This document shows, one piece after another, positions 18,160 through 25,268 of a DNA stretch of 32,000 bases. The notes under the pieces were generated by a model. That model had not been told where the DNA came from, searched no databases, and saw only the letters and a program-made list of their open reading frames with translations. Each line of letters opens with the position of its first letter. Position 1 is the first letter of the stretch. The stretch is from positions 930,001-962,000 of the forward strand of contig NC_006833.1 in NCBI RefSeq assembly GCF_000008385.1. Direction: 5' to 3'. Origin of the DNA: Wolbachia endosymbiont strain TRS of Brugia malayi (GTDB lineage: Bacteria > Pseudomonadota > Alphaproteobacteria > Rickettsiales > Anaplasmataceae). The translations under genes and the position numbers were made by a program.

Positions 18160-20709
18160 ATGCAAAAAAAAACTTTCACAATTATCGATGGTTACGGCTT
18201 TCTTTTCGGAGCTTATTACGTTTTGCATCATCTAACTACTACAACTGGTATGCCAATAGGTGCTGTGTACGGATTTCTGAATATGGTTCTAAAGTATATC
18301 ACCCATTCAGACTACTTAACTATAGCACTTGACTCCGGTAAAAAAAATTTTAGGCACGACTTATACCCTGAATACAAAGCAAACAGAGTAACTCCTCCTG
18401 AGGGTTTAATTCCACAGTTCACAATACTGAGGGAAGCAATAGAAGCCTTTAATCTCAGTTATGAAGAGATTGAAGGCTATGAAGCAGATGATATAATTGC
18501 AACATTAACTGCAAAATACGCTAACCACCAAGATTTAAAAGTAGTAATAATTTCGTCAGATAAAGACTTATTTCAGCTCTTGAACTACGACGTTTTAATA
18601 TTTGACCCTATCAAAAACATATACATAGATGAAAAACAAGTAATAGAAAAATTTGGTGTAAATTCAAATAAGCTTCTTGATTTATTTTCTCTAACTGGAG
18701 ATGTATCTGACAACATTCCTGGCGTTCCAGGAATAGGCCCAAAGACTGCAGCTAAATTGCTGGATAGATTTAATTCGTTGAATAATACCATAGAAAACAT
18801 CAATAACATCAAACAAACAAGGACACGTAATATTCTCACTGAACATAAAGAAAAAGCGTTAATTTCAAGAAAACTTTTATCACTATGCGAGAAAGTGGAT
18901 CTTCAGCATGATGTCATAAAATATAAGGTTCTTTCTCCAAATATGGAAAAATTGTTATCTTTTTTAAAGAAGTACGAATTTAATTCTTTGATAGGCAAAG
19001 TAGAAAAACTTTTTTCTTATAATGAATCGAGCACAAAAGAGAGAACAGAATATAGTAGTGAAGCATTAGAAAAATTTTTGGAATGCTGTAGATATGAAGG
19101 AAAAGTCGCAATTCATTGCCATTTCGAAAATAACGTACTTAGTAAAATTTCCTTATCTTACAATGAGGATAACATTTTTTACATAGATCAAAACCGTTCA
19201 CAAGATGCACTTATTACAATCAATTCAGCTCTATTTTCAAATGGGATACTCAAAATAATACATGATACCAGAGAAACCAGGAAAACCATTCCTACAATAG
19301 AAAAAGTACTGGGCTCAGTTGACGATTTGATGATAATGTCATACAGTCTCGACACAGGAAAACACGATCACAGCATTCCAAACATAATTGCACACAATTT
19401 GAGTGAAAATGTAGAGACCTTTTCAGCAAAAACTTTAATAGCAATTCATGAAAAGCTGAAACAAAGGCTATTTAAGGAAAAGCTTTTTACAATTTACGAG
19501 CGCTTCGATAAACCGCTTATGAAAGTAATATTCAACATGGAAAAAAATGGAATATTACTAAATATTCATAAACTACAAGAATTGTCTGACAAATTCCAAC
19601 AGCTAATTGCTGTGCTTGAAAATGACATATATAATTTGGCAGGAGAAAAGTTTAATATTGCTTCGCCAAAACAATTAAGTGATGTTCTATTTAACAAGAT
19701 GGGGCTTAATAAGAAAAAAAAGTTGAAATCTGGATCGTATAGCACAAACTCCGTAGTACTAGAAGAACTTGAAATAGAAGGAGTTGAAATTGCAAGCAAA
19801 ATTTTAGATTGGCGACATTTAAGTAAATTAAAAAGTACCTACACTGATGCACTAATAAAGCAAGTTGACCCACTTGATGGCAGAATACACACAAATTTCT
19901 CAACAACTGTAACTGCAACTGGAAGGCTCAGCTCAAGCAGTCCTAATTTGCAGAATATTCCTATCAGAAGCAAAGAAGGAAATCTTATTAGACAGACATT
20001 TATTGCGCCAAAGGGATACAAGATAATTTCTGCTGATTACTCACAAATAGAACTGAGGCTCCTAGCACACGTTGCAAATGTTACAGCGTTTAAAGAAGCT
20101 TTTGCAAATGGAAAGGATATTCATGGCATTACTGCAGGGCAAGTCTTTGGAGTGCAAAAAGATATGGAGGTCGATGAACAATTAAGGCGCAAAGCAAAAT
20201 CTATTAACTTTGGAATCATGTACGGAATCAGCCAGTTTGGCCTTGCAAAACGGCTTGGAATTACCATTGAGGAAGCTGCTGAATACATTAATTACTACTT
20301 TTCCTGTTATCCAGAAATAAAGGTCTATATGGAAAAAGTAGTGTCTACCGCGAGACAGCATGGTTATGTAGAAACTTTGTTTGGCAGAAGATGCTTTGTA
20401 AAAGACATAAATAACACAATTCCTTATCTAAGACAATTTGCGGAAAGAGCGGCAATAAATGCACCACTACAAGGAACTGCCGCTGATATAATAAAATGTG
20501 CGATGATTCAGCTTTTCGATCAGTTAAAAGCGGGCAAAATAATCCTCCAAGTTCATGATGAGCTACTAGTTGAAGTAGAGAACGAAAAAGTACAAGAAAC
20601 GGCAAAACTTATGAAGGATGTAATGGAAAATATAGTGAAAATTTCTATACCACTTGAAGTAGAGGTAAAAATTAGTGATAACTGGGGAACAACTACACAA
20701 ACATTGTGA
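18160..20709 (+). CDS. polA: DNA polymerase I
   Basis: 849 aa. The 5' nuclease domain has GYEADDIIATL and DNIPGVPGIGPKTA. The polymerase motifs are A (ISADYSQIELRLLAH), B (RRKAKSINFGIMYG) and C (LQVHDELLVE). Confidence 0.95.
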   Translation: MQKKTFTIIDGYGFLFGAYYVLHHLTTTTGMPIGAVYGFLNMVLKYITHSDYLTIALDSGKKNFRHDLYPEYKANRVTPPEGLIPQFTILREAIEAFNLSYEEIEGYEADDIIATLTAKYANHQDLKVVIISSDKDLFQLLNYDVLIFDPIKNIYIDEKQVIEKFGVNSNKLLDLFSLTGDVSDNIPGVPGIGPKTAAKLLDRFNSLNNTIENINNIKQTRTRNILTEHKEKALISRKLLSLCEKVDLQHDVIKYKVLSPNMEKLLSFLKKYEFNSLIGKVEKLFSYNESSTKERTEYSSEALEKFLECCRYEGKVAIHCHFENNVLSKISLSYNEDNIFYIDQNRSQDALITINSALFSNGILKIIHDTRETRKTIPTIEKVLGSVDDLMIMSYSLDTGKHDHSIPNIIAHNLSENVETFSAKTLIAIHEKLKQRLFKEKLFTIYERFDKPLMKVIFNMEKNGILLNIHKLQELSDKFQQLIAVLENDIYNLAGEKFNIASPKQLSDVLFNKMGLNKKKKLKSGSYSTNSVVLEELEIEGVEIASKILDWRHLSKLKSTYTDALIKQVDPLDGRIHTNFSTTVTATGRLSSSSPNLQNIPIRSKEGNLIRQTFIAPKGYKIISADYSQIELRLLAHVANVTAFKEAFANGKDIHGITAGQVFGVQKDMEVDEQLRRKAKSINFGIMYGISQFGLAKRLGITIEEAAEYINYYFSCYPEIKVYMEKVVSTARQHGYVETLFGRRCFVKDINNTIPYLRQFAERAAINAPLQGTAADIIKCAMIQLFDQLKAGKIILQVHDELLVEVENEKVQETAKLMKDVMENIVKISIPLEVEVKISDNWGTTTQTL

Positions 20710-20748
20710 TTTGAGAGATCGGTAGGTGTTATTCAAGCAGCTCATTAT

Positions 20749-21060
20749 ATAGAAATGCAAAAATTACTTGACACACTTTATCAGCTTTCTTATCCCGGTA
20801 GTGGAGCTATTTTATATAACTTCCCAATCTGTGCAGATTAAAATGACAAGAAGGTCTTGTATTTGGCGTACTACTGTTTAATTTTTCGCACTATGTGCAC
20901 CATATGTCTTTATAAAATTTCTGGTTCTTACTTATACAAGCCGAAATGCGCTTATGAAGCATCTAAGGCATTATCCAACGTCAAATTTTTAAAATTAAAG
21001 AGTTAGCAACTAGCTACTCCGTTTTTTTGCCTTTCTATTTAGTAAATTCCTTAATATTTA
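20749..21060 (+). repeat. R1 repeat, copy A (noncoding, ~312 bp)
   Basis: It aligns end to end with the reverse complement of 28364..28671. Conserved blocks are ATAGAAA..AAAAAT.ACTTGACA, CAATCTGTGCAGATTAAA, TTGGCGT, TATGTCTTTA.AA.ATTTCT.GGTT and TTTGCCTTT. Stops occur in all frames. Confidence 0.6.
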
Positions 21061-21068
21061 TAGCTACC

Positions 21069-21158
21069 GTCATCCTGCCGCTTGCTAGCGGGATCTAGAG
21101 ATACCGCAAATGAATCGTGGTATTACAAACTGCACCTAGCGTCATACACTGGAATGAC
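21069..21158. repeat. Full-length nested palindromic repeat element (intergenic)
   Basis: The left end is GTCATCC-TGCCGCTTGCTAGCGGGATC, containing the sub-hairpin CCGCT/AGCGG. The central hairpin is ATACCGC..GTGGTAT. The right end is CTAGCGTCATACACTGGAATGAC. It lies between R1 copy A and the X module and is absent from copy B. Confidence 0.55.
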
Positions 21159-21186
21159 ACCATCTTGGTGAACTAAAATTTATAAC

Positions 21187-21252
21187 GTTCGTACAGTTGT
21201 GCAACTGGGCTTAAATTTTCCTAATTATGATTTAAACAACACTACAAGCTTC
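21187..21252 (+). repeat. X module, copy A
   Basis: GTTCGTACAGTTGTGCAACTGGGCTTAAATTTTCC...TTTAAACAACACTACAAGCTTC matches 28299..28359 (GTTCGTACAGTTGTGTGCTAACTACTTGGCTTAATGGAC-TTTAAACTGCAACTAATCTTT) in the same (+) orientation. Confidence 0.5.
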
Positions 21253-21310
21253 TAGAGTACAAACCACTTGAAATAATATAAAAAATATACTACAATTAAG
21301 TATAGTAAAT

Positions 21311-22390
21311 GTGAGTAAGTCAGTTATGACAAAAATATCAACTCCACAAATAAAGAATCTGGAATCCTCAAAGCCATCTACTCATAGGGCTAACAAAGAT
21401 GAGAAAATCTTTGAAAAAGAGAAGCATCAGTTAATCTATCGTGCTTTCCTAGATACTTTAGAGAATCCGGAGAAGCACACACAACAGGAGATAAATAAAA
21501 TACAAGAGAAGCTGCAAGAAAAACTCTCAGAACAGGAAATACAAAAATTACGGTGTGAGCAGCAGTCACTAGAGGAACTGTTAAACCAACTAAAGAATGG
21601 AGATGAAAAGAAGATTTTTACTTTTGTACTTAAGAATAGTGGAAAGATATTCAACGATGTTAGTCCAAAAATAAAACCACTCAGTGAAGAGGATTTTTCC
21701 CAGTTTTTACTTTCTGTATTTAAAGAAATTAGAGGAAAAAAATTAGCTAGTGAAGAGAATTTAAAGAACGGTGAAATAGAAAAAGTCGTAGCTGAGTGTG
21801 TCAGTAAAGAAGCTTGGCATCAGTTTACTGACTTTACTAAACACCAGATACCTGGTAGAAGATTGTTAAAAAAAATACCAGGCTTTGGAAAAGTTTTAAG
21901 TGTTGAAAAAAAAGAAGATGAACCAATGCTTAATGATAAAGAAATGGTGATAACATTCTTACGTAAATCTTTACTACCTATTATTGCTTTAACAGCTACA
22001 ATATTATTTATCGGCTCAACTTCATTATTCGGTATTCCCTCTTTTGTAACAATAGGGCTTGCTGTTTTTTGTTTTGCTACTGCTGAATATAGTGCGATAA
22101 AAAGCCTCTTTTCAAATAACAAACCAGGTACTTTATACAACCCTCACCCACAAGAAGAAGAAAAGAAAAAAGAACAATGGAATAAGAAATTTCTTGATGG
22201 CATTAATAAAATTTTAGAACCCCAAGGTAAGGGAGCTGAAAAGAGTGAGCAATCTGCTGTAACAACTGAAGAGCAATCTATTCAAGAAAAAGTGAAAGAA
22301 AATGCACCATTTACTAAACTGAAAGGAACTACTATAAATCAACAAAGTAAAGACCAAAGTTCTCAGAATGTGAATGTTCCTAGCTTATAA
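21311..22390 (+). CDS. Orphan protein with coiled-coil N-terminus, a bilobed hydrophobic hairpin and an E/K/Q-rich tail
   Basis: 359-aa ORF with a GTG start at 21311 (an alternative ATG at 21326 gives MTKISTPQ). It has an E/K/Q-rich heptad-like N-terminal half and the hairpin LLPIIALTATILFIGSTSLFGIPSFVTIGLAVFCFATAEYSAI (nt ~21971-22100). The tail is a charged low-complexity stretch. No family recognised. Confidence 0.55.
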   Translation: MSKSVMTKISTPQIKNLESSKPSTHRANKDEKIFEKEKHQLIYRAFLDTLENPEKHTQQEINKIQEKLQEKLSEQEIQKLRCEQQSLEELLNQLKNGDEKKIFTFVLKNSGKIFNDVSPKIKPLSEEDFSQFLLSVFKEIRGKKLASEENLKNGEIEKVVAECVSKEAWHQFTDFTKHQIPGRRLLKKIPGFGKVLSVEKKEDEPMLNDKEMVITFLRKSLLPIIALTATILFIGSTSLFGIPSFVTIGLAVFCFATAEYSAIKSLFSNNKPGTLYNPHPQEEEKKKEQWNKKFLDGINKILEPQGKGAEKSEQSAVTTEEQSIQEKVKENAPFTKLKGTTINQQSKDQSSQNVNVPSL

Positions 22391-23812
22391 CTCAGTTCCA
22401 CCTATTGTGATTGAATCAACTTTGAGTGTTGGTTGACCAACACCAACAGGTACATTCTGCCCACCCTTGGAGCATGTGCCAACACCTGGATCCAACTTTA
22501 AGTCATTTCCAATCATGGACACTTTTTTCAGCACTGTAGGACCGTCACCAATGAGCGTTGCTCCTTTAACTGGCTGCGCAATTTTGCCATTTTCTATTAA
22601 ATAAGCTTCTGAAGATGAGAAAACAAACTTCCCTGACGTTATATCAACCTGCCCACCACCAAAATTTACTGCATACAGACCTTTCTTCACGCTAGATATT
22701 ATTTCTTCTGGCGTATGCTTTCCTGGCAACATATAGGTATTTGTCATGCGTGGCATAGTAACTTCTTTATAATTTTCCCTTCTACCATTACCAGTTGGAT
22801 TTACACCCATGAGTTTAGCATTCATATGATCATGTATATATCCTTTGAGGATCCCACCCTCTATTAATACATTATAACCAGGCAGAGTACCTTCATCATC
22901 TATGCTAATAGAACCACGTAAATTAGGTAAGGTTCCATCATCAACTATAGTGACACCACTAGCTGCCACTTGTTTGCCTATAGAATGCGAAAATGCTGAG
23001 ACTCCTTTGCGATTAAAATCGCCTTCAAGGCCATGACCTACAGCTTCATGTAACAATATTCCTGGCCAGCCTGGACCGAGAACAACCGTCATCTCTCCAG
23101 CTGGAGTTGGAATTGCCTCAAGATTTATTAACGCTTGTTCTAACGCTTGGTTTGCAACTCTTTTCCACCCTTTCTCAGAAATAAACTTACTATAAGAATC
23201 TCGTCCTCCGTGCCCTGCAGAACCCCTCTCAATTCGGCCATTTTTCTCTACAATGACTAGCACATTAAAATGCACTAGAGGCCTGACGTCACTTAATCTG
23301 TGATCACCCTTTATTATTTGTATAACCTGCCATTCTCCACTTAGGGTTATTTTTACTTGCTTCACGCAGTTATCTTTGGATCTTACATACTCATTAACCT
23401 CATTAAGCAGCTTAATCTTTAAATTCAGATCTATTTCATTTATGGGGTTAATTCTCAAGTATAGTTTTTTTGTCCCTTCATTTAAGTTTATTGAATTTGT
23501 TTTATTAAAAGACACCGAACTTTTAACAATAGAAGCAGCATTACTAATTTCTTTTTCACTAATCTCAGAAGAACAAACAAAAGACGTACTATCCTTACAA
23601 AAGGATCTTAAACCAAACCCTCTTCTGGTATTCAAATCCATGTGTTTTAATATGTTATTATCAAAAACCAAAGACTCTGACTGGCAAAATTCTAAAAATA
23701 GCTCACCACCATCACTATTGTTCAAAGCGTTATTGACTATTTTATATATATTATTAATATTAACATTATTCTGAGCAAAAAATATCTGATCTAGGTTTAT
23801 ATTATCTAGCAT
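22385..23812 (-). CDS. tldD: TldD-family metalloprotease
   Basis: 475 aa with HEAVGHGLEGD, the C-terminal TldD/PmbA blocks GNGRRE and MTNTYMLPG, and GGQVD..SGKFVF. Confidence 0.9.
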   Translation of the reverse strand: MLDNINLDQIFFAQNNVNINNIYKIVNNALNNSDGGELFLEFCQSESLVFDNNILKHMDLNTRRGFGLRSFCKDSTSFVCSSEISEKEISNAASIVKSSVSFNKTNSINLNEGTKKLYLRINPINEIDLNLKIKLLNEVNEYVRSKDNCVKQVKITLSGEWQVIQIIKGDHRLSDVRPLVHFNVLVIVEKNGRIERGSAGHGGRDSYSKFISEKGWKRVANQALEQALINLEAIPTPAGEMTVVLGPGWPGILLHEAVGHGLEGDFNRKGVSAFSHSIGKQVAASGVTIVDDGTLPNLRGSISIDDEGTLPGYNVLIEGGILKGYIHDHMNAKLMGVNPTGNGRRENYKEVTMPRMTNTYMLPGKHTPEEIISSVKKGLYAVNFGGGQVDITSGKFVFSSSEAYLIENGKIAQPVKGATLIGDGPTVLKKVSMIGNDLKLDPGVGTCSKGGQNVPVGVGQPTLKVDSITIGGTEL

Positions 23813-23874
23813 TACCTTTGAACTAAAAATTGTTTAAGTATATTATTTAATTTTAATATAGCAAACTACAAAAA

Positions 23875-23959
23875 GCCCGGGTGGCGGAATTGGTAGACGC
23901 GCTAGCTTCAGGTGCTAGTAACTTTTCAAGTTGTGGAAGTTCAAGTCTTCTCTCGGGCA
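23875..23959 (+). tRNA. tRNA-Leu (anticodon CAG), type II with a long variable arm
   Basis: Manual fold. The acceptor stem GCCCGGG pairs with CTCGGGC (one G-U). The D arm is GCG-GAATTGGTAGA-CGC. The anticodon stem CTAGC/GCTAG encloses the loop TTCAGGT. The variable arm is TAACTTTTCAAGTTG and the T arm is GGAAG-TTCAAGT-CTTCT. The discriminator is A, and CCA is not encoded. Confidence 0.9.
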
Positions 23960-24029
23960 CCCTTAGTCTTCATATTATTTTTTAAATGAATTAATGCTAT
24001 AATATAACATATTAATTACGCTTAAATTT

Positions 24030-24287
24030 ATGAGTGGTGAGGAAGAGAAGCTTGCTTACAGAAAGAAAATACGAACTTATTCAAAACGCTTAGTTATTAC
24101 ACTATCCACTACCTTTTTCATTGGATATATAGCGGCACCAGTCTTTAGTATTCCTATCTTAAGTTTATATTTTAGTATTGCTAACACTATATCAAGTGCA
24201 CTCTCATTTGCCTTAAATATATGGTCATTAAACGACCATTTTCAAAAGCAGGACCTTAATAAGCAATCTGGTGTAAAAAATATTTAG
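24030..24287 (+). CDS. Small orphan membrane protein with a bilobed hydrophobic hairpin
   Basis: 85 aa with a charged N-terminus MSGEEEKLAYRKKIRTYSKR, then LVITLSTTFFIGYIAAPVFSIPILSLYFSIANTISSALSFALNIWSL. It shares the F-x-I-P turn with ORF 21311..22390. It is short, so coding status is unproven. Confidence 0.4.
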   Translation: MSGEEEKLAYRKKIRTYSKRLVITLSTTFFIGYIAAPVFSIPILSLYFSIANTISSALSFALNIWSLNDHFQKQDLNKQSGVKNI

Positions 24288-24610
24288 GAACAAAAGAAAC
24301 TAACAAAGATCCGCCTTGATATTACATCTAATATTTTATTTCTAATAGGGAAAATTATACATATACTGCCTCTCAAATCTTCTATTATCCCTTTTGTTTC
24401 CACTACCTTTTTCATTTTAGAATGTGTTATTATGGCAGCCAAATAGTTCTGGCTATAGTTAGTGAGCCACAGGTAGAAAAGGGGCCTGAAAAACAATATT
24501 TAGTAGGTAATGCTGCACAGCAGCCTAAATGCTAACAAATTAACCTATTTGATTTATATAGGAATATTAGTTGTTATATTAATAATTTAACAATAAAGGA
24601 AGTTAATACC

Positions 24611-25049
24611 ATGGTAGATTTTATAAGTTTTTCCAACTACTATTCAGATTTTTCTGGCGAAAATACTAGTTATACAGTACATGAGCTTAACGAGAAAATC
24701 AAGAGCTTACAGACTATAGTACACATATAGTTAAACACAACGAACCAAGTTTCCTGGCAATTATTCAAATTTTTTTGAGAAAAGCACCAGTTATATAGTG
24801 TCTAAGCCCAATGAAAATAATTAAGGACCTACAAGTGATTTATATACGGTAGTTAAGCACAGTGAAAATGGTTTGATACTGAAGAATACATCAGAAACAC
24901 AATTTGGCTCTATGGACAGAGACATAATGCTCAACTTAAAATCCTCACTAATGAAAGAATGGATGGAAGTAAGTAACATAGACGGGTTGCATATAAGTAG
25001 CTGTTATGAGATTGAAAAGGTAAATTTGCCTCGGATGAAAAATAATTAG
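24611..25049 (+). pseudogene. Decayed gene containing a tandemly duplicated ~40-aa module
   Basis: AAGGAAG sits upstream of the ATG at 24611: MVDFISFSNYYSDFSGENTSYTVHELNEKIKSLQTIVHI*. The reading then continues through stops and frameshifts (..VVKHSENGLILKNTSETQFGSMDRDIMLNLKSSLMKEWMEVSNIDGLHISSCYEIEK..). Confidence 0.35.
24641..24880 (+). repeat. Two diverged tandem copies of a ~121-bp unit
   Basis: Unit 1 is TATTCAGATTTTTCTGGCGAAAATACTAGTTATACAGT..GTTAAACACAACGAACC. Unit 2 is TATTCAAATTTTTTTGAGAAAAGCACCAGTTATATAGT..GTTAAGCACAGTGAAAA. Identity is roughly two-thirds by eye. Confidence 0.5.
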
Positions 25050-25133
25050 CATTTGTATTCAAGACACTTTTATCTGAATATAGTTCACAAGAATACAAAG
25101 TAATTAAAATTAAAAATTTTTAAGCTTACTGGT

Positions 25134-25193
25134 AAATAGGAGTATTTAGTACTCCTATTTCAATAAGCAAATTTGCAACATACTTTGCTTATT
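25134..25193. terminator. Two tandem perfect hairpins between convergent decayed genes
   Basis: Hairpin 1: AAATAGGAGTA (25134-25144), loop TTTAG, TACTCCTATTT (25150-25160). Hairpin 2: AATAAGCAAA (25162-25171), 12-nt loop, TTTGCTTATT (25184-25193). The stem ends are A/T-rich, so a U-tract follows on both strands. Confidence 0.5.
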
Positions 25194-25268
25194 CAATTAA
25201 TAACAAGTTGGTATAAAGCATATTTTTAAGGCGGTCGACAATGAAAGTAGCATTCAGACAAATAATAT

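Noticed and set aside
20950-20970. DnaA-box-like TTATCCAAC inside R1 copy A
   Set aside because: It has two mismatches to TTATCCACA, is a single occurrence, is not conserved in copy B, and there is no cluster.
21187-21201. GTTCGTACAGTTGTG in the X module as an alphaproteobacterial SOS box (GTTC-N7-GTTC)
   Set aside because: The second half-site is TGTG, not GTTC, so it does not fit the consensus.
24284-24496. 70-aa minus-strand ORF. The internal M-start peptide MKKVVETKGIIEDLRGSICIIFPIRNKILDVISRR vaguely resembles the IF-1 (infA) N-terminus
   Set aside because: The similarity is only a loose pattern (E..G.i.e.L....f.v..N..l). The peptide is less than half IF-1 length and ends in hydrophobic junk. 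I cannot support it as a gene or as an infA remnant without a search.
24641-24880. Tandem repeat as a possible CRISPR or minisatellite array
   Set aside because: There are only two long (121-bp) diverged units with no spacers. They lie within a decayed coding sequence, so this is an intragenic duplication and not a CRISPR array.
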